A stretch of 63,506 bases of DNA, counting the filler, from Octopus bimaculoides (lineage: Eukaryota): the NCBI RefSeq assembly GCF_001194135.2. It is 5 parts of 5 records of this genome, joined end to end, with 100 filler letters (N's around TTAATTAATTAA, not from the genome) between each part and the next. Parts side by side here need not be neighbours in the genome. Positions count along the whole stretch, not along the records: positions 34,104 to 55,061 come from NC_068983.1; positions 55,162 to 61,222 come from NC_068984.1; positions 61,323 to 63,506 come from NW_026397586.1; 2 more parts are not named here. One strand, written 5' to 3'. The notes below the pieces were generated by a model. The model saw only the letters and a program-made list of their open reading frames with translations, had not been told where the DNA came from and searched no databases. This document shows positions 50,744 to 63,506 of this stretch, one piece after another; the first letter of the stretch is position 1, and each line of letters begins with the position of its first letter. The position numbers and the translations under genes were made by a program.

Positions 50744-51393
50744 CCTTTCTAATATAGGCACAAGGCCTGAAATTTGGGGGAGGGGAATAGTCGATTATAT
50801 CGACCCCAATACTCAACTGGTATTTAATTTATCGACCCCGAAAGGATGAAAGGTAAAAGTCGACCTCGGTGGAATTTGAACTCAGATCGTAAAGATGGAC
50901 GAGATACCGCTAGGCATTTTCCCCGGCATGGTAACGATTCTGCCAGCTCGCTGTATTATTATAATAACGATTTCAAATTTTGGCACAAAGTCAGCAAGTT
51001 AGGGCGAGGGATTAGTCGATTACATCGATCCCACTGTTCTACTGGTAATTATTTTATCGACCCCAAAAGGATTTAAGGCAAATTCGACGTCGGCAGAATT
51101 TGAACTCAGAACGCAAAGACCAACGAAATGCCGTTAAACAATTTTCCCGGCGTGCTAAAGATTCTTATTGTTTATTGCCCACAAGGGGCTAAACATAGAG
51201 GGGACAAACAAAGACAGACAGAAGGATTAAGTCGATTACATCGACCCCAGTGGGTAACTGGTACCTAATTTATCGACCCCGAAAGGATGAAAGGCAAAGT
51301 CGACCTCGGCGGAATTTGAACTCAGAACGTAACGGCAGACGAAATATCGTTAAGCATTTCGCCCGGCGTTCTAAAGATTCTGCCAGCTCGCTG
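50744..51393 (-). mobile_element. Stack of three SINE family B copies (50744-50953, 50971-51165, 51161-51393)
   Basis: atcgaccccgaaaggatgaaaggcaaagtcgacctcggcggaatttgaactcag and variants occur three times in the same orientation. Confidence 0.9.
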
Positions 51394-52699
51394 CATTTAA
51401 ACAATAACAATAACAACCGTAACAACAACAAAAAATGCCACTAAGCATTTTTCCGGGTACGCAAATCTAAGGCTGTAACGATACAAACATCACACTGATA
51501 ANNNNNNNNNNNNNNNNNNNNNNNNNNNNNNNNNNNNNNNNNNNNNNNNNNNNNNNNNNNNNNNNNNNNNNNNNNNNNNNNNNNNNNNNNNNNNNNNNNN
51601 NNNNNNNNNNNNNNNNNNNNNNNNNNNNNNNNNNNNNNNNNNNNNNNNNNNNNNNNNNNNNNNNNNNNNNNNNNNNNNNNNNNNNNGTGTGTGTGTGTGT
51701 GTGTGTGTGTGACGAGTGCAAGAAGATTGAAAGTAAACAGTTAAATCTCACGAGTGCCAGCCATAGGGTATGTATGTAGTATCTGACATAATCTCACTCA
51801 CTTTAATTAATCCTGCTAAGGAGATCTTCAGTAAACACAAACTAATAAGGGAGTCTCAATTTTGGTCGCTTCATCTGCCAGAAACAACAATCAAATCTCT
51901 CTTAAATCATACTCTACTGCATTAATAAATACACATTAGATCAGTGAATTACAGATTCTGCAGTTCACGTCACCTATCAAGGAATTCGATTTCACAAATG
52001 TCTCCTTCCTATGTTTTACTAAATAAATAAATAAATAAATAAATAAATAGATAAATAAACAAACAGCAGATTGTGTCATCAAAGAGCAACTAATCTGCGC
52101 ATTGGCTTATTCTCCATATTATATTACCCTAGCCAACATTGGTATGGACCAGTATCTACAATGTTAAATTTATATATAAATTGCTCAAAAGGTAAAGATT
52201 TCTATCAAGACATTATATTGGACCTTGGTGCATCAACAGTCAGTTTAGCTTAATGAAGCAATTACAAGAGACAAATCCAGGAAATCTCTCGATCTAATTG
52301 CAGTTCTTCATAGGATGACGTCTCTAAGTAATTATTTGTAATGATTTGAATGGATAGGTTTTTTTAAAAAATATGCTCATTGTTTATGCCCTTTCATACA
52401 CAATATTACATAAAAGGTGCGTCAGCTACTTCAGGACAACATTTTAATTTAAGGAAAACAAAAATATTTATTAGGAAAACCATTATATTTATATTTATAG
52501 GATTTGGTACACATATTCTTACATAGACTATGCAATAAAACTGCTATTAGCCTCCATCACTGCCTCGATACGCTTCTGAAACGACTAAACGCATTGGTCA
52601 GGTGATCCTTATTCATGTTAGAGATAACATTCTCAATCACAGACATCAACGAGTCCTTGGTATAGTGGGTATGTTTGTTGTTCTCTCAACCTAGCTCCA

Positions 52700-52920
52700 G
52701 GCACAGTAGTCCAGGTGGTTTCAATCAGGAGATTGGTTTCGATGTAAGATACTACGTTGACACTAAGACCTTGCCAGAAAAAGTGAGAATGTATGACATG
52801 GCCCTCTTTGTCCATGACGCCCAGTCCTTCACAAATGATGAGAGCTTGGTGTGCATAACAGTAGGGCTTCAGTGAGGTTGGTGCAGAGCCAGTTGTCATT
52901 CTTCCAGTTCACTTTTTGAT
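52700..52920 (-). mobile_element. Possible Gypsy-type integrase zinc-binding region relic
   Basis: GLGVMDK...HSHFFWQGLSVNVVSYIET resembles GHLGxxKT...RFYWPGMxxDVxxYV. No catalytic core found. Confidence 0.3.
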
Positions 52921-54981
52921 CTTGGACAAAATTCTTATCTCCGAAGAGCCGGAGCAAGTTAGACTCGTCGGAGTGCTTGAATTTGCTCAATAAGGACTTC
53001 GACTTGATACACGGTTCTCTCGGGTCTTATCGGGTATGAACTTATTACATAGGATTCGTACTTATGTCTTCATGCACCACTAGTCCAATCGCTGATTTCG
53101 ACGCAAGGAGAATTTTGACCACGACTTGCCAAAATTTTCATTGATAATGATCTGGATTTGCTAGACTTACTCGACCTTTCTGACAATGTCGGACTGTAGA
53201 AAATGTTTTTGTTTTCCTTTTGGCAAAAGACAACATTCCAACAAGAGGCCAGGAGCTATTTTCTGAAGACCTAGCAATATTTAAGGAGGCTTCAATCTCA
53301 TAAACACTATGGTTAGCGACAAAGGTGGCGAGAACAGTATGCATTTTCAGCGTCTGCTTTAGATTCGTAGCAACTATTGTAGGGCTGAAAAAAGAGAAGT
53401 TTGGGCCACTTATGATTCTTAAAAGTTTCATTCTCAAATAGCTGACGTTCCCTTATCTATTTAGAGATTCTCTCGTCCCAAATTTCATTAAAAAGATAGA
53501 ATTTATGCTTCTCTGAAGAAGTCCAATAATATCAAAACATATCAGAAATTATCTTCCGTACTTAACGACATTATTAAAATAATATTATACATTGAACTAA
53601 TTTCATTTTCTCACCACATACTTATTGGATATTTACATGTCCATTACATTAGATATAGTAAATTGGTTATTATATTTTTTATATGGTTACAATGTCACAA
53701 ATTTGTAGTTGTTGGACATCAGCATTTAAACCAACTTCAGAATATTTCTAGTACTTATTGAAGCCAGCAAGAAAGTCTCTTCATGGTCATTTGATCTGTT
53801 TGAAACAGCAAACAAATCTGCTTTAAATCACATTTAAACGTCTTTAAAAAGGTAACTCCACACAGGATAAATTTGTCCAACATATGCAATACTTCAAAGA
53901 AATACTGCGTGATCATGTAAATAGCTCTTTTCATAATTTCTCCGCCTAGTTAGAGCTGTGGTGTGTCTAAAATACAACAATGACAACAACGAATAATTTG
54001 ACAGGAAGCAGAATATTGAAATACTAGGTAGATATCGTTATAATTTGAACATGGAACGTTAGTTGTCGGTGATCTATCGTTTCTTTCGCTCTACTGTATT
54101 AAAAAGTAACACAGAATCTATCGAGCATTTGTTTTAAGCAGTCAATAAAGGACAAGAATTGTAAGGTGGGGTGTAGTTTGCTCGATCAACTTAGTTGTAC
54201 TTATTTTATCGGCACCTGATGGATAGTAATGAATTTAGAAGCCTACCAGGTGTTGATTCCGTTCGGTACTCAGACGTTTCGACTACTCTTTTTATCAAAA
54301 TTATTCATTGTACAATTGTTTTCATGAAAAGTATGTTTTAGAGAGATCAGAAAATAGCTTCAACACATTGCAAGCAATAAGGCTGGTAGGTTCTTCACTT
54401 CCAAGTCCTCCTTCAAGCGCAGTTAGTAAACTTCATTGTGTAAAAAAAAACAAAAAACAAGTCATCTCTCTCTTTAATGATAAACTAGGCAGAAGACACA
54501 ACACGTGAGATGTCGGCCAAGCTACAATTCAATTATATTAGTCACAGACTATTGAAATACAACACAAACATATGTCACACATTTATATTTGTGTAACCAT
54601 CCAGCTATTTTCTTTTTTTCTTCTTTTCTTTCTGTATAGTTCCGATCAAGGCTGTAAAATATCGTTTCAGCTATAGAAGAAAAACAACATGCTGATGGTA
54701 CGTTCGTCTGTGTACATTGAATGTTCGGTCATATTTATAATAATCTCCATGCTACATAAATTCAATAAAATCATCAAACACAAAGCATAACAGGCAATAT
54801 TCACGGAGACAGATCTACAGCAGTAAGTAGTTGATAGTTGTTTTCTTGTTGAGAAATACTATTAAACTTGTTTATCACACTCACACCTTGATAGATATTA
54901 ATGTTAATGGAAATCGAAGTGTAGCGGCCACAGGTTGTCAGATTCTTTCCACACATATACGCGCACGCACGCACACGCACG

Positions 54982-55019
<38 letters not shown>

Positions 55020-55061
55020 CACACACACACACGCACGCACGCACGCACACACACACACACA

Positions 55062-55161
55062 NNNNNNNNNNNNNNNNNNNNNNNNNNNNNNNNNNNNNNN
55101 NNNNNTTAATTAATTAANNNNNNNNNNNNNNNNNNNNNNNNNNNNNNNNNNNNNNNNNNNN
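55062..55161. other. Artificial scaffold-join cassette 44N-TTAATTAATTAA-44N
   Basis: Same 100-bp structure. Confidence 0.9.
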
Positions 55162-55203
<42 letters not shown>

Positions 55204-56429
55204 GTGTGTGTGTGTGTGTGTGAATGTATACATGTGTGTGCCTTTGTGTCTGTGTTTGTCCCCCCACCATCGCTTGACAACCTATATATACATATATATA
55301 TATATATATACAAACATGAATACATACATTCATACATACATACATACATACATACATACATACATACATACATGTATATATATATATACATACATACATA
55401 CATAAAAAATACATATATATATATATACTTCTAGATAAATAGATAGATAGATAGATAGATATACATTATACATGTATAAATACATACGTATATACATAGA
55501 TGAATGATAGAAATTGAACGAACGTTCTTTATTTAAAATCGCTACAATTTTTCGGGGCATTTTCACACTCGTTGTACATTGTAATCATTATTATCCATCC
55601 AAGGTGTAAAATGCGCCTCCTCGCGTGATTGTTTAAATAAGTCCTTCGTTAGATCTTGTCATTTTACTCAATCTGATAAAGCATACCTAAAGTGATGTGT
55701 CATTTTCAGCAGTTTACAGACAAAACGAAACCCATAGATGCAGCGACAAACAAAATACAATTATAATCCATCTCCCCTGATGACTTTCAAAAACTATCTC
55801 GTTTTTCTCTTGCCGTTTCGCTTATTTCTATAACAATACATTTTGGTTTGTGTAACATAAGAAAGAGTTCCTTATGGAAACGGTTTGTATGCTACACTAA
55901 AGAAAGTATGTAAATTTTTTATCTTTTTCTTGTTTCTGTCATTATACTACGGCCACGCTGGGGCATCGCCTTGAATTTTTAGTTGAATGAATCGACTGTA
56001 GTGCTTTTTTAAAATCCTGGCACTTATTCTATCAGTTACCTTTGCCGAACCACTATATTACGAGGACGTATTTTTTAGTCAGATTTTTAATGTTTGCTCT
56101 TTCTGAAATTAACCCTTGTCCCTTTTTCCAAGTAAAGGATAACACATTCACACAAACATGTATTTGTATACATATGCATAAATAAATATATATATATATA
56201 TAGGCGTATGTGTGAGTGTATGTGTGTATATATGTGTGTGCATGTGTGTGTGTTTGCCTCCCTACCACATGGTTGTAGGTTCAATCCCACTGCCTGGGAC
56301 TAAACTTCAAGCACTCTTATAAGTAGCTGACTGCAGTCAGTCCCTTGTGCATGCAAATTCGTTAGGTACTTGACACTCACGTTCGACGCGAATTTGAGGC
56401 AAGACAGTTTATATTTTGTGTGCTTGACA

Positions 56430-56905
56430 TCACCTTGAAAATGGGGAGCCAAAACGGACAACATCGAACTTCATGTTTTTTTTATTTAAAAAAATACTTT
56501 CAGGAAGATTGCATGGTGTATGAAGAGGACGCTGTTGTGGAACGTGTATCAGAAGTGGTTTTCAAGATTTCGATCAGAAAATTTTTCGGATCAAGATGTA
56601 CTTTGCTCCGGCCGGCCAACTGAGATTAAAAGTAACAAAATGAAGGAGTTAGTCGACACTAACACGACCAGGATGACGCAGAAATTCTCCAGATACCCAA
56701 ATCGAGTGTTGAAAACCATTTGATTACGTCAACAGGCTCGATGTTTGGGTCTCACGTCATCTGCATGAGGCTAACCATGCCCAACGGCTTACCATCTGCG
56801 ATCCGTTTCAGAAACGTGAAGCAAATGACCATTTTTTTTTTAAAAGAAAGGTGACAGGGGACGGAAAATGAATTTTCTATACCAATGTGAAGTGCAAATG
56901 ATAAT
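56430..56905 (+). mobile_element. mariner (Tc1/mariner) transposase relic, N-terminal half
   Basis: QKWFSRFRSENFS...SGRPTEI (HTH), LDVWVSRHL (WVPHEL-like) and KVTGDGK (TGDEKW, first Asp) across frameshifts. Confidence 0.85.
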
Positions 56906-56977
56906 AGGGGACAACCGAAAGAAAAAGTCACCCAACATATTTAGGAGTTGTATATATTGTAATTTAAAACAATTTAA

Positions 56978-57180
56978 AAGCAAGCTGGCAGAGTCGTTGG
57001 CACGCCGGGCAAAAAGCTTAACGGCATTTAGTCCGTCTTCACGTTCTGAGTTCAAATTCTGCTTAGTCAACTTTACCTTTCATCCTTTCCAGTCGATAAA
57101 AACCTACCAGTTGAGCCCTGGGGTTGATGTAATCGGCTTACCCCTCCCCTAAACTTACTGGCCTCATGCCAAAATTTGAG
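56978..57180 (+). mobile_element. SINE family B copy
   Basis: aagcaagctggcagagtcgttggcacgccgggc...cgttctgagttcaaattc...tttcatccttt. Confidence 0.8.
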
Positions 57181-58200
57181 CCATATGAACAGCCGCACCA
57201 TGGAACAGTTTAGGAAGGACCTGATAAAAATATTCAAAGAATTCGGCTTGTCTATAACAGCTATCTCCAACTTGACCATGGTTGACTTCCTAGACGTCAC
57301 CCTAGATCTAAAAACGGGCAAGTACTACCCTTACAGGAAGCCCAACGAGGAAATTGTGCACACCTACAGAAGTTCGAATCACCCCCTATCCCACCTCACG
57401 CGCTGTAAGTAGAAACCTACTTTAGAAACCTACTTACAGGCACCAGCAGAAGAATGTCCAGGTTTTCAACCGATAAGGAAATCTTCAACAGGGCCATGCC
57501 CTCCACAGTGGTGCATTAGTGATGAGTGGGTTTACCGAGAATTTAGCACTTATAGAATATTCCTATCCCCCACCCGAACACCCGAAGAGGACCAGAAAGA
57601 GAAAGATACTCTGATTCAACTCTCTATTTAACCTACAAGTTTCCACCAACGTAGTTAGGAGTTTCCTGTCGTTGATTGAGAAGCATTTCTCTTGGGTCCA
57701 CAAGTACAATAAGTTCTTCAACCCATAAAACGTCAAGATGAGCTACTATAGATGTGCTTAGATAATATCACTTCTAACATTGCACGCTATAACACACATA
57801 AACATGCACCTGAACAACCTCTAACCCCAACTTGTGACTATCAAAACCCTATCAGCTGCCCTCTAGAAGGATCCTTCCTTTCTAGGGCTGTAGTCTACAG
57901 AGCCACCCTCGCACCATCCGATGGTATCACAAGGCACTACACGGGCATAACGGCCAATGACTTCAAGGGAAGGTACAGACAGCATATGTGGTCGCTAAAA
58001 TGCAAAGATAGAGAGAATTCCATCTCTTTGTCACGTTTTCTTTCGAGACTCCGCGACCTCTGGAATGAAACTGACAACATCGAATAGGCAATCATCGACA
58101 AGGTTCCACTCTACTCACCCGGTGCCCGCAATTTCCAGCTCTGCCTCTGCGAAAAACTGCACATTCTCCACCAGGCTGTAGCATTTATCAACTGGAAATA
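57180..58200 (+). mobile_element. Penelope-like element, 5-prime truncated: RT C-terminus and GIY-YIG endonuclease
   Basis: VDFLDVTLDL...YYPYRKPN...SNHP, then CPLEGSFLSRAVVYRA...HYTGITANDFKGRY...SLSRFL and LCLCEKLHIL. Many stops. Confidence 0.9.
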
Positions 58201-58312
58201 TGTAACACAGTTTGCAAAGCTTAACATTCTGGACCCTATACAAAAGAATTTAAGGCACATATTTTAGCCATCTAACTACTGTTGTTAATTGTAAAACATA
58301 ACAACTACCATA

Positions 58313-58357
58313 TGAACCTGAAGATTGCATAGTTTAATGCATGAAAATATTAGTTCA
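58313..58357 (+). ncRNA. Minimal type I hammerhead ribozyme motif at the 3-prime end of the Penelope-like element
   Basis: UGAAC CUGAAGA U UGCAU-AGUUUA-AUGCA U GAA AAUAUU A GUUCA. Perfect 5-bp stem I, 5-bp stem II, intact core, palindromic stem III segment, UUA triplet. Confidence 0.8.
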
Positions 58358-58547
58358 ATCAGAATGAACATTTAATATTCTATGATTTCATTATATTATA
58401 TTATATTATATTATTATAAAATTGTAAATTATACATGAAAATCAAAGTTGGAATTCCTTTGATTAATATATTTTTCTATACACAGTCATACACAGCCGTG
58501 TATGTATGTATGTATGTATGTATGTATGTATGTATGTATGTATGTAT

Positions 58548-58585
<38 letters not shown>

Positions 58586-59256
58586 NNNNNNNNNNNNNNN
58601 NNNNNNNNNNNNNNNNNNNNNNNNNNNNNNNNNNNNNNNNNNNNNNNNNNNNNNNNNNNNNNNNNNNNNNNNNNNNNNNNNNNNNNNNNNNNNNNNNNNN
58701 NNNNNNNNNNNNNNNNNNNNNNNNNNNNNNNNNNNNNNNNNNNNNNNNNNNNNNNNNNNNNNNNNNNNNNNNNNNNNNNNNNNNNNNNNNNNNNNNNNNN
58801 NNNNNNNNNNNNNNNNNNNNNNNNNNNNNNNNNNNNNNNNNNNNNNNNNNNNNNNNNNNNNNNNNNNNNNNNNNNNNNNNNNNNNNNNNNNNNNNNNNNN
58901 NNNNNNNNNNNNNNNNNNNNNNNNNNNNNNNNNNNNNNNNNNNNNNNNNNNNNNNNNNNNNNNNNNNNNNNNNNNNNNNNNNNNNNNNNNNNNNNNNNNN
59001 NNNNNNNNNNNNNNNNNNNNNNNNNNNNNNNNNNNNNNNNNNNNNNNNNNNNNNNNNNNNNNNNNNNNNNNNNNNNNNNNNNNNNNNNNNNNNNNNNNNN
59101 NNNNNNNNNNNNNNNNNNNNNNNNNNNNNNNNNNNNNNNNNNNNNNNNNNNNNNNNNNNNNNNNNNNNNNNNNNNNNNNNNNNNNNNNNNNNNNNNNNNN
59201 NNNNNNNNNNNNNNNNNNNNNNNNNNNNNNNNNNNNNNNNNNNNNNNNNNNNNNNN

Positions 59257-59290
<34 letters not shown>

Positions 59291-60368
59291 CAAGCACACA
59301 CACACACACACATACACACACATACATACACACACGCATATACATGTATATTTATACATATATATACACACATAAATTATATCATTTTATAGATATTGTT
59401 ATTGATTAACAATACTCGTAGACAGGCTAGACTCGAAGTGCTCAGGTTGAGCTAAGTTCCGATTAATAATTCGAGGGGCAGCAACACGAGCGGAAAACTA
59501 GAGGGACATGACCTCTCATCCAGTAGAATATACAATATATATGCACACTCACTTCGACATTAATAAAGCGGCATAAAGCTCAACATAATAGAAGTATTAA
59601 TAAGATACAAGCATATAGACATATACATATTTTTATAACCTTCAAATATCCAAAAATATATAAAAACATTAGAATATATATACATATATAAAAATATTTA
59701 AAAACATTTATAAATACATAGGCGATTTAAAAATAGATAAGTAAAATAAGTACAACATATACACATAATAAGATATAAAAACGTCGATATTATATAAAAC
59801 ATAGTGAGTTATAAGTTCACACGATATACAATATAGGAGTAAAAATAAAAATAAAAATTTAGAGGTCAGAATACAAGCACATAGAATATTTTAAAACACT
59901 TAGATATTTAAATATATATATATAAAAAAGCATTTATAAATATATAGGCATTTTAAAATAGAAGACGTTGATATGAAATAGGATATAAGTTCATAGGATA
60001 TGTTATAAGGGCTAAATATTTTAAGTTAGAACACTCATACCCAAAGCCAGGAACTTTTCAGTACCCCCTTGTGTGTGTGTGTGTCTGTGTGTGTGTGTGT
60101 CTGTGTGTGTNNNNNNNNNNTGTGTGTGTAGAAATCTTTATACAGTTAAAGAGTTGATTATTTTGATTATTGTCGAATAAATGAGGAAGAGAACTTAATG
60201 CATGTAAGGAGATCACTTGTTTTATTTAAGTTGAACTCATTTTTCGAAACTTCAGAGGGTTGCATTAGTACACTAATCTTTTAGGAAACGCGGAGGAATC
60301 AACATCAGTGACAATGTACATAAATAGATATTCAGACAAATAGACAGGTAGATAGATAGATAGACAGG

Positions 60369-60466
<98 letters not shown>

Positions 60467-61004
60467 TAGATAGATAGGTAGATAGATAGAGAAAGAGAGA
60501 GAGAGAGAGATAAACAGACAGACATAGATACACATATGTATGTATGCATGCATGTATGTATGTATGTATGTATGTATGTATGTATGTATGCATGCATGTA
60601 TGTATGCATGCATGTATGTATGCATGCATGTATGTATGTATTCATGCGTATTACGGTTTCTATAAATAACTGAAAAACTAATTTAATAATTGCATTTTTT
60701 ATTAATACATTGTAATTTCTCATTAACATTTTTATATAGGTTGAAATTTTCGGTAATTAAATTTAGTAAGTCTGTTTGACAGCCAAATCGACATTGCTAA
60801 ATAATTTGATGAGAGTTTCTCAGAGATTTCAGACACACGAAAGTGTGAATATTCGTGTTTCTGACACTAAGAATGTTAATGAGACCTTAATGAGGCGGAC
60901 ATGATGATCGTTCAACTCTTGAGACGGTATAGTGTAAAAGCTCAAAACTATACTAGAGCAATATATTGTTATATAGTTATATATTTATATATGCGTATGC
61001 GCGT

Positions 61005-61222
61005 ATAGAAGAATGTATCGCCATGATAGATCGCTGACCACTACATTTATATATTTTTCTCTTCTTGTTTCTCTCCTTGTTTCTTTCTGTGTTCCTTTCT
61101 GTTGAAGAGCGTAGGCTCGAAACGTTACAGACTTTCTCTATTCCCGAGCGTTATACTAATACAGCCATGTGTTGTTTACACCACCTGTCCTCGTCTGTTG
61201 TTATTTTTTGTATATTCTCCCA
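61005..61222 (+). repeat. Dispersed repeat with a hammerhead-like segment. Reverse copies at ~62570-62760 and ~62950-63045
   Basis: ctgttgaagagcgtaggctcgaaacgtt...ctaatacagccatgtgttgtttacaccacctgtc. Related sequence recurs in reverse orientation twice. Confidence 0.7.
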
Positions 61223-61322
61223 NNNNNNNNNNNNNNNNNNNNNNNNNNNNNNNNNNNNNNNNNNNNTTAATTAATTAANNNNNNNNNNNNNNNNNNNNNN
61301 NNNNNNNNNNNNNNNNNNNNNN
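61223..61322. other. Artificial scaffold-join cassette 44N-TTAATTAATTAA-44N
   Basis: Same 100-bp structure. Confidence 0.9.
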
Positions 61323-63506
61323 GGAGGGCACAACCCTATAGAAATAGTAGATATGGCTGTGGACTGTGCTCAATGGAAATTTATAAAATTTTTAAGCTTA
61401 AGGATAATCCTAATCTAATTAACAATAGATCTGACCTTAGGGTTCTATGTGTACATTGTTACTCTCGCACCTTTAAATATTTAAAAAAATAAATCTTACT
61501 AATAATATATTATTTTAACCCCTTTCGTTTCCTAGACTATTAACTACTTTATTTAAGTTATAGCTTTAAAGTATAACATTTGGAATATATTTTAACCTTT
61601 CCCAACCCACTGATAATATTCCTACATTTCTCAAGCTAATTCTAGGTCTCTTCTACCATATCTTTTTTGACACCATAGCTTTAATACTCTTAGTTTAGTC
61701 CTGATTTTCTATCTTTATTCTTCCCCTTTTTTCCTTCTCCTTCTTCTTTCCCTTGGCCATTGATATCTTCTCTTCTTATGGTTTTCTTATAAATAATATC
61801 TCTCTTCTCCTACCCCACATAAACATATGTCTTATTCTAATTTAACTATAAATGTTCTCTATAGTTTTAATGTTTTAATATTTTAGATTGTTGAATTATT
61901 CTAAATACACAGACAAATAGGTATAATCTTAGTAATTCCCTTTAATTCTTCAATATCTTGACCTATATTCCCTGACCTTAAATTTCCTCTTGCCACTCCT
62001 AAGGGTATTGTTCTTCTATTTTTATATTTTTCTTTTTTTTTCTTTTTTCCCTCTTTCTTGATTTACCCCTGACGTGCCTTCCCTTACTACTACCTAACCT
62101 ACCTTCCTCTAAATTGAAATTACTCCTATCTTACCCCTCCTTCTAGAAAGAAGAACAAATAGAATATATAGAAATTAAATTCCTGTTTGGTTCACTAGAC
62201 TGTTGATTAACAGCCCAGTCAAGATGTTATTCTCTTCATCTCCTACTCATGTATTTACACACATTGACGAAACAGCTTTCTGAAATGAACTTCCATTATG
62301 CAGCTGAGGAGTACAATTTCATTGCACATCTTATGTGGTGTTCTCACTACATAGATAAATGAAGCTTGTACTAGCGTACATACTGCTATGACCTTATACA
62401 TTTTTGTTGCTTTTCTTCAAATTTAATTCACCAAATCTCTTGATTTTGCTTTTGGATTTTACCTTACCAAATTCTGGTGCCACAAACATTTTAAGTACCA
62501 CATTCAATCTTTTGATTGAATCTATATTATATATATATAATTGAAATAAATATATATATAGTTGAAATATATATAGTTGAAATTTACAGCAAAACAAAAG
62601 AGGAAGATAGGTGTATAAACAACAAGCAGATGTATTAGTTTGATGCTCAGGAAGGTGAAAAAGTCTTTTACATTTCAAGTTTATGCTCTTCAACAGCAAG
62701 GACCATGAAGAAATAAACAGAAGAGAAAACAGAGTAAGAAAAAGCTGAAAGTTCAAAAAAGTTCAGACATCGTGTATTGGAGCGATTTTTCATCAATGGA
62801 AGAGTTCAGTGAAATCCATATGTATATCCAGTAGTAATCTGGGTGGAATGCTGGTACGTAGATGAAGAGAGGTGCAGAAAGTTCAGGTAGTAGTAAGTCC
62901 AAAGGGTAGGAGGTTAAAGCAGGATAAAACTGGTGCGGCCACATGAGCGTACAATATATAGTTGAAATTTATGGAAAAACAAAAGATGAAGACAGGTGTA
63001 TAAACAAGCAGGTGTATTAGTTTGACAATCGAGAAGGTGAGAATATATACATACATATATACATACATACATGCATACATTGAAGCTTTACAATAGCATC
63101 GTATATTATTGACTGCTATTTCCAGTAAATATTGGTGAATTGTTGTACCACAATTCTGTATTTATACTTTAACCTGATGGTACTGTATTACATTATTTAA
63201 TAATTTTTTCTTTGAAATTTTTTCACTGTTCAGAGTCTGTTAATGGCCAGGCGTTCAGACAAGTATACTGCCACTAATATAGCAACATTCAAAATTTTGT
63301 GTAGGTGAATTGGGAAAGTTCGAAACCTAGGTCCTAGATGATCAACATCTAGATTATACATTTATTTAATGATCTTCCTACAGGTAAGATGAAATTTTTT
63401 ATGTTCGCCACTTGCAAACATCTTTCCCAGTATATATATATACAGTGAAGCTTTAATATAGTGTCGTATATTATCGACTGCTATTTCCAGTAAATATTGG
63501 TGCATT

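Noticed and set aside
61323-62170. Strand-skewed AT-rich segment with short peptides (LCVHC)
   Set aside because: Frames are broken and I cannot assign a family. Probably an old repeat.
200-63080. Most ORF-track entries (poly-CV, HT, YI, MYVC, poly-M, Y, K, I, L, and X-filled ORFs)
   Set aside because: They are translations of microsatellites or read through N gaps. No evidence of coding.

Overview
AT-rich (gappy, short-read-style) animal genomic DNA, very dense in microsatellites. The SINE content and repeat style are consistent with an octopus genome, but that is inference. The only host gene I can support is the terminal coding exon of a Wnt4 orthologue on the minus strand (5829-6296). 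I found no upstream Wnt exon in the remaining ~57 kb. The rest is decayed mobile DNA: several tRNA-derived SINE families, a Tx1/L1-like LINE cut off by a hAT fragment, five to six R4/Dong-like (RLE) retrotransposon fragments around TAA repeats, a mariner relic, a Penelope-like element and a piggyBac-type MITE. The most interesting signals are structural. There are two minimal type I hammerhead ribozyme motifs with intact catalytic cores: one just downstream of the Penelope ORF and one on the Wnt4 sense strand in the presumed last intron. There are also several long inverted repeats and hairpins that could form dsRNA. Four identical 44N-TTAATTAATTAA-44N cassettes are artificial joins, so contiguity across them is not guaranteed.
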